NCBI RefSeq assembly: GCF_964204645.1
Contig: NC_134034.1
Span: 8,568,962-8,632,961 of the forward strand
DNA: 64,000 nucleotides
Direction: 5' to 3'
Source: Tubulanus polymorphus
Lineage: Eukaryota; Animalia; Nemertea
Part shown: positions 1-13,686 of the stretch, piece after piece
Layout of the letters: each line of letters starts with the position of its first letter
How positions within the stretch are numbered: position 1 is the first letter of the stretch
Position numbers and translations under genes: made by a program
The notes under the pieces: generated by a model
The model's input: the letters and a program-made list of their open reading frames with translations, nothing else
The model's database searches: none
Told to the model about the DNA's origin: nothing

Positions 1-582
1 AAAGAACAAATGGAAGACAGAAATTTAGCTGACATTCTCAACTATTTGACTAGCGGTATATTACCGATTGATAACAAGGACGACGCAAGAACTGTTCTAC
101 TGTCGGCCGATCAAGAATACACTAAATGATAAGGGTGTATTATATCATATCCCAAGGCCCCCTAAGAACCAGAATGGCGATTACTTCTTATAGCTTGTTG
201 TGCCGGAGTCACTTATATTAGACATTTTAAAGTTCATGCATGACGAGCATATCACAGGTCATTTTGGGGTTCCTAAAACTTATGCGAGAATATACCAGAA
301 TTATTTTTGTAAGAATTTGTATAGGGATGTAAAACACTTTGTAAACAGTTGCCCTGCTTGCAACCAACGTAAGAAACCTAGTAAACCTGCACGTGCTCCA
401 GTCCTGCCTCAGGATATCCCTGATGGACCATTTGTAAAAATTTCCGTAGATTGTGTTGGACCTATTACTAAGTCCGAAGATGGTATGACGCAAATTGTAG
501 TTTTTGTTTGTAACTACAAACGATACTGTGAGGCATTCGCTGTTCCGGATATCACAGCACCTACAATAGCCAATACCTTCTC
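1..582 (+). mobile_element. Ty3/Gypsy pol fragment (integrase zinc finger and start of catalytic core)
   Basis: ORF 200..619: HDEHITGHFG...CPAC (HHCC), then PF.KISVDCVGP and YCEAFAVPD; similarity stops near 582 where the next element begins. Confidence 0.85.
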
Positions 583-599
583 TCTATTCTTGTCTCCTG

Positions 600-2310
600 G
601 CGGGTTGTACCTTACATGAAACTACAAGAAACACACAATCTAAGAATAATGGAAATGATGAAAACGATGATTGAGATATTGAATAAGTATAATTTTTCAA
701 CATACCGATGGAAAAATTCCAACTGACACATTGCATCAGATGGATATTGAATATTCAGATTGAAGTATAAAGCAAATAAGCCCTTAAGAGCATTCATATA
801 TTCTCGCGTTTGAAGAATGACAGTACCGTCGACACTTCACATGTACTGAACCGTGTTACCTCCCAAAGCTGGAATTTAAAAAAAAACCGATTCTGAGGCA
901 TAATCCTGAATTCAATTTCAAAATCAGAGCTCCTTTCTCACTTACTTAGCTGGATTATCAATGGATTGGCTGAGAGTGTTTCGTCAAAGTCTTCTGCTAT
1001 CGCGTGTACTTTCCTGATTACACTGGTGACTTTTTCTTTGAATGCCATTGCGAGTAAAGGTAGTGCAGAATGAATTCCATCAAATTCAAAATCATTGATA
1101 CCATTGACATAAGTTTTCTTTAGATACGCATACAAAGACCTACTCCTTGCGAGTACGTTTTCTTCCATGTTTTTGAAGTCAACACGTGTAATGTATTTGC
1201 AATATTTAAAAAATAGGGAAGTTCAAACAAATGTGGCCATTTGCATTTCAAAGCTGTAGTTGGCATGCTAACCTTGATATCAGCTTTTATAAGGTCAAAA
1301 GATTCAGTTATTAGTTGTTCTACGACGTTTGAAATTTTTTCTCCATCATTGTAGAGATGAGATAGTTTTAGTCGCTTTTCATCGACGATAACATGACTTT
1401 CCAGTGGTTCGCGTTTTCGTTTAGAACAAGAACTACGGTTTTCGTTATCACGATGATTTTCCAATGACCTTATTTTGCTCTCTTGTCCGTCAGAAATAAG
1501 TTGGTCTCCTAAGAAGAGGGAAAATGCCTTGTCATATTTTGCAACTAGCTGCGCAGCAATTTTTTTTAAATCTTTCCTCCCAGGCTTCTCGTCGTTTTTT
1601 TCTGGTTTTAAGATCGTCCCATAAAATTCGCATCAGATGAGAACGATCTCTCGATGACGGTCTCGCCCCGGCAGCTAGTATTGTGATGCCTTGGGGTATC
1701 TTGTGCCAGGGAATCGTGTATAGTGATTATCTTCACATGTAGGTTCTTGAACAGCGTATCACTCGTTGAAGCCAGGGATATAGAGCAACTGGGATCCTGG
1801 TACTCTACAATGAAAATATGAGATGAAATAACTTCTTAATCAATCATTTTTCATCTTTGACCGATAAGACTTATTAAATCTGAATGAATAATCCATCAAA
1901 TAGATGGAATTCTTTTTCAACTTGCCTAATAGTCCGAGTTTACTATTCATCGTGCAGAACTGAAAAACATCCTCGTCTAGTTCTACTTCTTCGTCTACCA
2001 GACATATTTACACATCTTCTGAATGGATCCGAACTTTCTTAGCAACTAGCAAAATATTCATAGGAAATGATTGAATACTTTCATTTCAAAATAAATACCA
2101 CATTATTTTTGTATAGCTACAAAAATAGCTTTATAAACTTACCATTAACAACAAATTCACCATAACAGGTACCCCGTCTAACCGCAATAGTCCTTTCCTT
2201 TACCATCAATTTTAGGAAATCTCCATTCGCTAATGCACTGCATACGACCTAAAAGTCAAAATATACAATACACTACTTGTTTTAAGAAGAATTGAGCTCA
2301 GAACATTCAT
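600..2310 (-). pseudogene. EnSpm/CACTA-associated accessory gene (SAMD3-like), multi-exon, disrupted
   Basis: ORFs 612..797, 938..1168 and 1120..1464 (LKCKWPHLF; FALYFNLNIQYP..LEFFHRY) lie directly downstream of the EnSpm-like transposase on the same strand. Confidence 0.55.
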
Positions 2311-2434
2311 GATGGACGTACCCGCACATCTTCCGTTTTGGCAGTCTTTGAATCATTTTTATCCTCTGTCCAATATGTGTACGTATAGTTTGTATCGAAT
2401 GGTTCGCCAAATGGCAAAGTCCAAAATATAATTC

Positions 2435-3639
2435 CTAGTACATGTATGTAGACACCGCATGCTTCAATGTAACCACTTCTGTATCACCAGACATTATGTA
2501 AGAAGGTAGTGTGTGATAATCCAACAAACCATCAATTCTTACACAGCTGAGCTTATCGGTTGAGTCTAGTTTGTGTACCCCGAATCGACGAATGTAAATG
2601 GTGTTTGTTTTCTTAACAATACAATAGGGTTCATTATTTTCTTTTACGAGCAAAAGAATGATTTTTCCAAGCACAATACCTTTCTCCGATGACGATTCCA
2701 AAACTACATACATGTCATGTTTGTATAAGGTGTTATTATATATAATTTCATTGCTAACAGAGCATATGCTTGTATTTGGTATCTTCAATCGAACACATTG
2801 CACAATTTCCCGACTATACAATGTTTCTGAAAAAGCTACAGTTTTCTCATAGGTTAAGGCCTGGCCAAACAAATTGCTTGCAGAATAGTAGGATTGCAGA
2901 AATTGGTGTTTCTCAGATAATGTCAGCAAAATATTCTTAAAATTCAGTGCACGCCGAGCAACTTTTTTGAAATATGAGTGCTTCGACTCCATGGGAATTG
3001 TCTACACTCGAATTAACGGTCCAAACTGAAGCGTCAACGTGGTGTTATGCGATAAGAAGTGGTGTTTTGGTTTAATTCGACTTTCAGCAAAGTATTGTAT
3101 TCTTAATTCGATGTAATCACGAATTAGTGTATCCATTATATCAATCATATCATGGTTTAGGCAAGGAGCACATATAATTTCAACAACCTCCTTCAACGAA
3201 ATGAACAGTTGCCAAATTTTGTCTGTCCAATCAATTATAGAACTTTCTAAGATAATGGGTAAATGGCGCAAAAGCACCCAATTTTGGATTGCACCTCCTG
3301 ATATCTTAAGACCTTCCTTTTTATTCCATGATATTGCTGGACGGTCAAGCGCATCGTTGCCCTTTATTTAAAGCTTTTAATTTTTCTTAACAAATCTACA
3401 ACTTTAAACCATTTTTTCTTGACGAGATCTAAAATCAATTTAAGGTCATAAACGATAATGCCTTCAAATACGTCGTGCGCCAGACATGGACGAAGACCAG
3501 GGTTACAAACATGATAATATTCTAGACTATTCAAAACAGAATTCACTTTAATTCCCTGGTGAAAGACCAAATCTCCATCCTTCAATATTTCAACGGAGGC
3601 ATTATAATTAGCAGACGTTCTTTCTGGTCTTTTTGTCAT
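2435..3639 (-). mobile_element. EnSpm/CACTA (CMC)-like transposase, C-terminal part, frameshifted
   Basis: Motifs CLAHDVFEG, KPKHHF..H, QFGPL and ESKHSYFK...NFKNILLTLSEKHQ across ORFs 3364..3639, 3002..3277 and 2435..2992. Confidence 0.7.
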
Positions 3640-3985
3640 ACTTCAGGATGACGTTCATGCGGTTCAGGATGTACAAAGTTGGTATCACTGCTGACGTTGA
3701 AAAAGCCTCCTTACAGGTTGCTTTAGATGAATCCCAGAGAGATGTGACACGATTTTTTTGGTTGAAAGACCCACAGATACATGATTTAGAAGATAACATA
3801 CAGTGTTATAGATTCTGTCGTGTCCCTTTGGGGGTTATATCAAGTTCGTTTATCCTGGCAGTCGTGATTGATCATCACATGAAAATGGTTAACAGTGAGA
3901 TGTCTAAGAAGATAAGAGAAAATATGTATGTCGATAACTTGGTAACAGGAGCTGATAACATAGATGACGCACGGCTCTACAGCTC
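3640..3985 (+). mobile_element. BEL/Pao retrotransposon reverse transcriptase fragment
   Basis: ADVEKA.LQV.L...RD.TRFFW, YRFCRVP.G and YVDNL motifs in ORF 3633..4064; cut off near 3985. Confidence 0.88.
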
Positions 3986-5870
3986 TTCTACGAAGTTTTT
4001 CATCATCAAAGGGTTTCATTTTTCCGGTCATGAATTCTGCTGTGCTGGTACTTGCCCTTTGTAGAAATTGAATTAATTCAGTGATGTATTTTGTAATTTC
4101 TAATATATGAATCTGTCTGTCTTCGATTACCCTCCAAAGGGGAGCAGTTACTAGTTTGCTGATCAATCCTAAGGCTTTGCAGCCTGCGATGTTTTCGTTG
4201 ATTTTGAGATCAGCGAGGACAGATCTTTGGAGTCGATTTTTTGAGCCGGTTGATTGAAGATATTCAGTCATCTTTTTGTGTAGGAAATACACAAAACCTC
4301 CATTGAAGAATATAATATTGAATCTGTTGCCTCTAAATGGTACTATAGGTATTGACCGCATTCCGTTGTCTTTTAAGAAATCATCTACGAAAATCTTGAA
4401 TTGCCCATACGCCCCAGACTTCTCATCTCCGCCACGAGAAAAAGCTTTCGCTGCTGTCCGTATTAAACGGATGACTCCAGGTTCATTTGGTTGGATTATT
4501 TGTGGGCCACATGTTAATTTATCTGGTGTTTTGGTATTTTCCAGTTCCATGATTGTTGTTTGAGTGACTTCAGCAACTTGAACAAAGCTGTGAAGTCCAC
4601 AGAAGAAATTGTTTAGAGTTTCGATCGGTTTTCTGTCATCCGATGAAAGAGAATCCAAGTTACTGACCACGACAGGTAAAATATTCTTCCGGTAATTTTC
4701 TAGAAGTTCATGCCATTTTAATCTGTTGCTGCTCTATCAGACATAGTATTCCTGATGTTACTTAATACTAGTTTTCCAGCGTTGTTGTTGGTTGCCGTAC
4801 TCTGATCGTCTATATCTTGGAGGACTCCTTGGAATGCATAAAATGTGTCATTGGCTGATTTTGTTGCCAGGTCTCTGACACCAAGAACCCAGTATCGTTG
4901 ATCAGAGTCAGTTGCGTGATATCCGATATACTTTTCTCCAAATTTTGATGTTTCATCCGAGTACAGGGTAGTTTGAGATTTAGTCGAGAATTCTTCGCTT
5001 AGCTGTTTTTGTGAGAGCCCGAGTCGTTCAATGTTCATATTTCGAATTGTTTTTTTCAGATGGTAATTTTGATGGAGTTTTATCGATGAATTGTAAACAG
5101 GCGGTTATGACTGGTCCGATATGGGTGATACCTACATGTTCCTTCAATAGTTTGTATATCAGTTGCCGAAATTTGGATGAATAGCAGTTACTTTCCAGAT
5201 CGTATGTTTTGACTGTGTCTTCATTGAATTCTTTGATTTGATCTTCTAGTTTCTTGATTTTTTCCGCGAGCTGTAAATTTTCTTCTTTCAGTTTTTCATT
5301 TTCTGATATAGCATTATCGAGGATTTCGTTTTGTATGATTGGAACAGTTGTTTCATTCGCATTCTTTGTATATTTACAACGATAGTATTGTTCCCGTGCG
5401 GCTGTTCTTTTTAGGGTTGACTTAGTTGACTGTAATCTGTATGTTAGGGACTTGTTTTCGTTTCCATAGATAGTGAGTTTCTTAACTGATTCATTTAGTT
5501 TCTCCTGTGTATTCAAACTTGATTGACGGGTTGAACATGGTAAGACGTTTTCTGATGATGACAGAGTGGTTGATGATGGGGATGATGCTGATGGGGCTAT
5601 ACCTGATGTGGTTGACGCTGATGGTGGAAGTTTGAATTCTTTTTCTAACCAGTCTTCATACTCTAATTGATTTCCGACGCGATGTAAACTTTTTGCTCTG
5701 TCACTGTTCGATTTTATTAGTCTACGAATGGACGATTCTAAACTCTTGGTAAAACACTGGTTAGCAGATGGAATCGTGTTCTGAATGTACAGTAGTGTAG
5801 TGTTGATTTTGCCATGATCTTTATAATGTTTGATAATGTCGTGAATTTTCAAAGCACGACCGGTATCCAT
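3985..5870 (-). pseudogene. DDE transposase-like gene with CxxH motif (hAT/MULE/P/Kolobok-type fold), frameshifted and 3'-truncated
   Basis: ORFs 5028..5897, 4718..5038 and 3840..4670: N-terminal coiled coil, then LYSDETSK, MSDRAAT and FFCGLH. The final catalytic E is not seen. Possible upstream exon with donor GTGAGT near 6493. Confidence 0.55.
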
Positions 5871-6534
5871 ATTACTGAAAAAAAGATAAAAGATCATTCA
5901 TTAATATTTTCATCCGTTTTGTTTTTTATTTGGCACTGCTCATAGTATTTTTCTTTTTGGTTTGTTCGAAGGGCTTGTATAAGAATAATGTTTCCAGTCT
6001 TCAAGTCAATTTTATTAATCGTAGAAACACTTAGGCCTGATTAATTTGGTCTCAACATGATTTGTATTAATGCCTAATTTCCTCGTAATTTCACTTTCTT
6101 GTGATATGATATAAATTTAAGAATGTCTGTAAATTTGTATATGTTTGAATATTATATGTATGTGAAATAAAAGTGTGAGCTTGGGAGATTCAGAATGTGT
6201 AATTTGGTGGCTCTTTGTTTGAGTAATACCTGTGTGAATATTCCTGGAAATGTCAAAATCCACGTGCAATTGTTTACGTTTGATGCGCCTATTATATTGA
6301 TCGCGCGGCACCGACCGGCCTGTCAATATTGGCTTCGCGGAAAAATGCGCGACATTGGAACTTAAATTTGTTTCATTCGATGACAAAAAACATTACAAAG
6401 ATCAATATTGTTTGTGAAGTTTTAGCGAGGAAATATTAATTTCATTCAATTTTTCATCTTAATTCCGAAAATAGTAGTGCAAAATGTACTCACCGTTCGT
6501 TGATGACCTATTTCTTGCATTGATTTTTGACATT

Positions 6535-6670
6535 TCGCAAAAATATCAGCCTACATTAGCAGACGCGTCATCTTTAACCTTGACATGTCAAAATATTTTC
6601 CCAGAATCCCTTTCGTAACATGCCAGAACCAATGGAATTGCCGTCGATTAAAAACGTAAACAAAAAAAAT
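6535..6670. promoter_or_regulatory. Putative short bidirectional promoter
   Basis: About 135 bp between divergent ATG-containing exons, with TTCCCAGAATCCC (ZNF143-like), CCAAT and AAAATGGCCG (YY1-like). Confidence 0.35.
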
Positions 6671-9600
6671 GGCCGACAATGTGCGCGATCGACGTGGAAT
6701 TTACCTTGTGTTTAACGGACTATAAATCTTAATAAAAGGAATGCAAACGATTTGTGTACATTTAGACCGTAAGTTAAGATTGTATTCTATGATTAGTGAC
6801 CTTTATTTTCATACAAATCTGGATAAACAGCCGGATGGAGACGGATTAAAATTTGGTCTCGCTCCATACTGGCAGAATATAAATCCAATATGGCGGACAT
6901 CGGTTCCTATTCCTAAAGAAGCCCAGAAATACCTCAGGAAAAGGCCTAGAAATTTATTTAGTCAAATGAAGTACATTTATTTGAACTGGATCCAGTCTGG
7001 CCTACCACCATACCAGATATTTATTCTTTCATTTTTAGTACGATTAGTACCGACCGTTAGGGATGTAAATTTGAGTACCGCTGCCGGTATGTCTGCTGAG
7101 CAAGCCACTGGTAAGTATATCAAATTTTTTAAACTTGAGATTAAGTTTAAGACAATATGAAAACATTTTAATGCACTATCTTTCACTTTTTACAGTATAA
7201 AAAAAGCGCTCAGTCAACCTCACTACTAAGCAAGGCGCCCATTCAAGAAAGAAGTACTTCGGAAGTTCAAGAAAAAAGCGTAGGAGTGAGTCTTATATAA
7301 TCTATATTTTTTGGAATGTTTTTATTAAAGAATTAAAATTCATTACACATGTTAGAAATTACGTTTGTTCGTTAGTTGATTGTGAGGTTACAGAATTACT
7401 AACATTTGCAAACTTTTCTCTCATATATTAGATGCGAAACATGAGACAAATATTTTTCTTTTCTCTCAAAAAGATAAATGTAGAGAACTATAACTGATTC
7501 AGCTTAATTCAACACATATTTCATCCAAATAATGAAGGTCTTTGAAAGGACCCATTTTTACAATCGTATTTATTCTTCCCTCTTAACATTTCCCTAGGAA
7601 CAAAAAATAGGGACATAGTTGCAAATTCAACATTTGAAGAAAGCCAGAGTAGTGAATTTACGGAAAGAGAGGATGCAATAGAGGAAAGCTCGACTAATGA
7701 CGACATTTTGCTGGAAAGTACACTCGAGATATCTGCTGTTTATGCGCACTCTGGTGTAGATTTGTCTGATATTGATGATAATGATATCCTCCAGTGTAGT
7801 GATCTAAATTCGGTTTCCTTATGTTCATTATCACCTGTTAATTCTCATTGTCAATGTTCTTGTCATCCTGATTTGATAACCATAAAAGAGAAAATCACGA
7901 ATTCTCCGACCAAATTCGACTGAAGAATAAAGAAATTCAAAATTTAAAAGCGAAACTTGAGCAAATTTATTCACAAGATTTATTAAAAATTGACACAGAT
8001 TCATCAAACTTAGAAACATTTGAAGGTACTCCCCTTGTTACTAGTTTTCGCAGTAAAAGCAGTTGTTACACCAAATTAGAACATCCAACAATTAATTCTA
8101 GTTCAGCCTCAAAGAAAACTCTAGACTCGAGAGCAAGAAAACTTTAACTTGTTTTGGATAAATTATCCTCTATTTCATCGTCAGGCAATGATATGGCTGT
8201 AACATTATCTTGTTTCATGAAAAGGTATCCTGATTAAGTCAAAAAGGCTCTGTCAAAAAGGCTCTTGGCCGGTATCGCAACTGTAAATCAGTTAGATCCA
8301 ACTCAAGTCATAGAATTGAAATTAAATTTGAGACTACCGATGAATAAGTTACTTGAACTTAAAAAAATCTTGAAACATTACAATATTCAGATTTTTCCGT
8401 CTAGTCGAAATATTAGACAAGAGCTTGAAGCCAGACAAGAGTCGCTCTCGACAAACATTGAAGCTGGTGAAATAGAATTGGAAATTAATAGCAGAACTCA
8501 TGAAAAGCAATTGTCAGCGTTTGTTTCTGTGACATCAATAGAGCTATTAATACAAAAGTCAGTAGAAAAACTGATAATGAAAAATCAGTTAAATAGGTCC
8601 CCAGAATTTCATGACGAAATATGGGCAAAGATCGGGGTGGATAAAGGGGGTGGGAGTAAAAAGATGGTACTAGCCATCATAAACGGACCATCCCTTAATA
8701 GTCCAGATCAAACGCATTTGATCAGTTTTTACGAAGGGGTTGACTGTTTGGAGAATTTGAATAAGGTTTTTGGAAAATTCCAGGGTGAAATTTAAACAGT
8801 CAAAACAATCATCGTTTTTGGTCAAGAAATTACCGTTAGAATATTTCCAATGGGGGACCTTCATTCCCTTTGCCAGATGATGGGCCACTAAGGCAGCGCA
8901 TCAACCTATCCATGTCTATGGTGTGAGGTAACACTCCATGATTTACGCTAAAAAGATGCAACACCTCATACCCCAACATTCAAGCAGTATCAATCACGTT
9001 CAATCGAGTCCTATTTAAGGAATGCACAAACTGCTGAAGCTACACCACGGGTTATTGGTGCTGAAACACAAAACATTCAAAGTGGTATGCTTTTCAAGCC
9101 CTCTGATTTAGGCCATCTAGTTCCTCCTGGTCTCCATATTTCTCTTGGCTTAGGGTTAATGTTCTTTAAGATGCTAGAAAAACGTTGTTGTGAACTTGAT
9201 GAATCTTCGCTCGGAGAACGTTTTCCCGAGCAATGGAAAGCATGGAGAGCAGCTTCAGCATCTGTAACTAACTAGCTTGCAGGGTGAACTTGATAGCGTA
9301 AAACAGAAGTTACAATCTTGTCAAGAACTAGTTGACTTATTGAAAAATGCAAAGAGAAAACGCTCTAGTCCATTAAACTGTGGGGCGCCGATTTGTATAA
9401 TTCGTTCTATTGAGAATCCGCAGCCACATCTGTATTTGTATTGCAATTTTTTAATCTATTTGCAATTTATTTGTAACTGTGACGCACCATACCACAGCCA
9501 ATGTGTTCAATCTGTATATGTCGATCCCGATATTTCTGATAGCGATTTCCTTTGTTTGAAATGTCGGCCACTTGCGGACAAAAAATAACACCGGATAAAT

Positions 9601-10368
9601 TCCTGAAACAAGCAGAAGAAAACATGAGCAAAATCAAAGATATAGAAATTCCATCAATAAAAGTACTATTAAATCCGAGAAGAATCAAGCTTAACCAAAT
9701 ACATAAGGACATAACCTTAGAGATGGGACCGATACAAAAAGATCTAAATGAGAATCTTAAAAAGATAGGAGTTGACAGACAGGCATATCACTCGAATAGC
9801 TTTGTAGGAAACCATGTACACAAGTTGTTTAAAAAGGATGAGGAAAATGGAATTAACTATCCACAAATACTATTATCCTGTCTCAACCATTATCCGAATG
9901 ACCGAAAGTTATTTTCGGATCTCTTCGAGAAGTTTCAAGATATTTATCATGTATATTCAGCTTGTCGGTTTTTGTGCGAACCTGAAATAGAACATGTAGT
10001 GAACAGTATTCATGAATTTGGTACATGGTTTCCTCAAAATTTCCCCACGGCGAATATAACTCCCAAATTGCATGTTTTGATCTATCACGTGCCTGAATTC
10101 ACCCAAACATGTCATTGGGGCTCATTGGAGAGCAGGGGCTTGAAAGCAAGCATGCGAGTATGAACCAAGATGCTAGAATCTATTCCTGTTTGCGGAACAA
10201 AGTAGTCCGCACAAAATTAATGTTTTTGAAGGTCTCTACTCAACAAAATCACTGCACTTACACAAAATAATCCGAAAGTGTAACTGTGGGGGATTCTTCA
10301 AGAAAATGTCACCATCGAGTAAAACACGAACTTGCCAGAAATGTAGCAATGTCAGTGATCAGGTTTAA
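6669..10368 (+). pseudogene. RAG1/Transib/Chapaev-like DDE transposase with internal PHD finger (copy 1), intron-containing and disrupted
   Basis: IGVDKGGGS (D1), GDLH..CQMMGH..ASTYPCLWC (D2 plus CxxC), VPPGLHISLGLG, C4HC3 finger, QAYHSNSFVGNH, ITPKLHVLIYHVPEF, GEQGLES (E), C-terminal CxCGG..CxxC. Several stops and frameshifts; the 5' exons are uncertain. Confidence 0.75.
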
Positions 10369-10491
10369 CCTACAATGAGAAATATTTCTTCATGAGCTGA
10401 ATATGCATTGATATAAGTTTATTCATCATACTTGTTATAATGTTTTAAAAACTTAAAATGCCGAAAATTTTGAGGAACTGTACCTTCGAAG

Positions 10492-11632
10492 CCGGTGTTG
10501 TCATATCGCGGAAAGACGGAATCGCGGAATTTTCCAAAAACGCGGAATTTCTTCATTTTTACTTTAAATAGAAAACGGGTTTTCCCACGGGGATACCCAC
10601 TGTCGGACAGGGCATCGGACCCAGGTTTTCAACGCCGGGAATTAGTATTTGATAATTTATTATATCTCCAGTCAACAACTTAACCATACTGTTCCAAATA
10701 ATGTAGAACCTGGGCAATACGTGCTTTGCGAATTCAGTGATACAGAGTATCGCTGCATTAACTGAAGGAATACAAATCGATGGTACGTAAACGTAGGATT
10801 TGTGATGACACCATGGGTCATTCTCCAGGACTCAGTTCCGAGTTAAGATTTGACTCTGGTCTCTGGATTTAAAACATTGGAAATGAATTGATTCTAAGTA
10901 ACTCAGAGTTAACTCACAACTGTGGAACTGGATCGATGTCAGACGAAAATAAATAGACATTATGTATATTTCATTCTGGCTTAGGATTGTTCATGCGTGT
11001 TGTGTGTCTACATTGTTGTTATAAGGGAATGTGGTTTATCTTTTAGAATTAAATGATATGAAAGATTATAAAATGGTTTCGTTAATGTTTACTTTTAATG
11101 TTTACTTTGTGACTGCTATAACATATGTTCCTATGCTGATTATTTGGATCAAAAGAATCTTATTGGTACCGGTACTGGACGAATTTGACGAAGGAATTTG
11201 AACCGGTACTTGTTTGGTCGTAGGGTTTCATGTTTGCAACCATCTACAACTACGGTCCGACACCGCGAACGTGCTCAATATTTATCTGATAATATTCGTT
11301 TCTGAAGTTCTCAAAAAGTCGATGAACTTCGATAACCGAAGTTTGCCTAGTAGAAATAGACATTAGGTGCCTGGTCTCTTTCACCCCACTTGATTCTGAC
11401 TTCTTCTACAGGTGGCAGCCAGTCAACGGTATCGTAATATAATAATTCCATATAAAATTGCCTGCAAATAATGGGATTCGAACCTAACTCGTTGCATCGA
11501 TCGGTCCGGTGCCCTGTCCGACAGTGGGTATCCCCGTGGGAAAATCCGTTTACTATTTAAAGTAAAAATGAAGAAATTCCGCGTTTTTGGAAAATTCCGC
11601 GATTCCGTCTTTCCGCGATATGACAACACCTG
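10492..11632. mobile_element. Non-autonomous TIR element (MITE, hAT-like ends)
   Basis: ~130-bp TIRs 10492-10621 and ~11502-11632 (C[A/C]GGTGTTGTCATATCGCGGAAAGACGG...); non-coding interior; TSD only partly matched (TTCGAAG / TTTTAAG). Confidence 0.85.
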
Positions 11633-11634
11633 TT

Positions 11635-13032
11635 TTAAGGTGTTATGACAGAATAAGGTATAAATTACAGGAAGGTAGTCAACACCCGAAGTTACTTCCA
11701 AGAAAGAGTCCGTATACTGACCTGGTTGTCTTTGACTGTCATCGCAGAGCGTTACATAGTGGATGTTCTCACACACTTGTTAGTGTACGACAAGAATATT
11801 GGATTTCTGGGGGAAGAAATGTGGTAAGAAAAGTTGTTAATAACTGTAGGGTCTGTAAGATGTTGGAGGGAGGACCCTATCAGTTGCCGACTATGCCTCC
11901 ACTACCAGCTTACCGAGTGATGCGATCACTACCGTTCACGTACGTTGGTCTGGACTATATGGGTCACTTGAATGTGAGAGAAGGCCAGGAGGTGAAGAAA
12001 ATTTGGGTGTGCCTCTACACATGCCTATCTATAAGGGCTGTACACCTCGAGATGGTGGACAGTTTGACTACAGAACAATTTCTTCTGTAATTCAGAAGAT
12101 TTATAGCCAGAAAGGCACACCAGAAAGAGAAGTTCTGTCAGACAATGCCGCCCAATTGAAGTTGGCCAGTCGGGTTATCCAGTTGGTCTGGAGAACCCTC
12201 ATGATGCACGAAGATGTACACAATTAATAATGGTATTTCCTGGCGATTTATAACAGAATTGGCGCCGTGGAAAGGCGGAGTATATGAGAGATTACTGGGC
12301 CTCGTAAAAAGAGCTTTGAAAAAGAGTATTGGTAAGCGACTGTTACAGGTTAGTCAAATGCTTACTGTACTCAAAGAGGTGGAAGCTGTTGTAAACAGCC
12401 GTCCACTCGTCCATGTACCAGCTGATGACATAAATTCCAATGTTACTTTGACGTCTAGTTCATTTTTTGTCAATGAAGACAAATACAGGGGTACCTGATG
12501 AAACTATCCATTGGAAAATGATGATGAAGACTATGATGACCAGAGTGATGCCAGAATTTTACTGAAGTCTTGGAAACGTGGTTTGAGTTATGTGGATACC
12601 TTATGGAATATATGGTATACTGATTATCTGCAAAGTCTTCGTGAAAGATACCAGACTATGGTGAAGTCCCCTCGAGTAAAAAGTCACAACACTGCTCATG
12701 TGAGGGATGTTTTACTTATCAAAGAAGAAAAGATGCCTAGAGGTTGCTGGAAAATGGGAGTCGTTGAAGAGCTGCTGATATCGTCAGATGGTGAAGTTCG
12801 CTGTGCATGGGTACGACTGTCTTCCGGGAATAGACTCAGGCGATCATTAGGTCATTTATACCCGTTAGAGTGCCCAACAGTTCCGTCAGATTCGGTGGAT
12901 GTTACTCCAGTCACCATGCAGGAAAAACCAGATCATCCTGTTATAGGGAATCGTCCTACGCGTTCTGCAGCAGCGGCTGCTCGTCAAAGGATCAGAGGCT
13001 GGATAAATGACAGCGAACACAATGACTCGTAA
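11635..13032 (+). mobile_element. BEL/Pao integrase region, frameshifted
   Basis: H..ALH.G..HT...VRQEYWI...CRVC, GLDYMG, RAVHLE, SDNA, APWKGGVYER, then YLQSLRER and W.MGVV.....DG.VR C-terminal motifs. Confidence 0.9.
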
Positions 13033-13686
13033 AGTAATGGTTAGTGTTGTGAGTTAGTTAAATAATTGCCTCTTTATGTGCTTTTTAGCGCATATACATA
13101 TCTTAATTGGTGAATTAGTGACTTTTGAGTGTGGGCCACACACGATAATGTTATGAAACTATATCTTAAGTTGTGTGCGAAGTGAGCTCGGTGCTCTGTG
13201 TTACTACTCGCGATTGATGAAAATTCCAGTGTATACTTCATGCTGCTTCGTTGTGATCATGGCCATTTGTGGGCTTTTTAGCGCACAGTTTACATATATA
13301 TTAATAGCAGCTTTGTGTGACGAATAGTCATAGTGATTCATTTAATAATTACGAAGCCTCGCGGGGAGCTTACGAAACATGTCGCCGATCTAATATGGAC
13401 CTATCCTGCCATGGGACCATCCATTTATTAACTGTACTTCCGAAATGAACAATTGGTGATTGTGTTACAGAACTATTTCGGGACTAACAGTGTTGCAGAG
13501 AACTAACTATTGTTTTAGATATCATCGATAGTACTTTAGTAATAAGACATTTAATTTACCTGGTATTGCTTATCAGTTTATTACAAATAAGATGTTCAAA
13601 GTTTGGAACTACTGGTAGACTAACAATATTGTATACATTTTGTATTTAAATGTACCATCTAAATTTTTTTGCTCCTTTGTCGGGAT

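Noticed and set aside
6669-10368. True RAG1-RAG2 (ProtoRAG) locus
   Set aside because: No kelch-repeat RAG2-like ORF and no heptamer-nonamer TIRs; the neighbouring gene is a different DDE-like protein in divergent orientation.
10495-11776. ORFs 10495..10683 (+) and 11423..11776 (-) sharing LSYRGKTESRNF, and the N-terminus of 11587..12090
   Set aside because: They are translations of the MITE TIRs.
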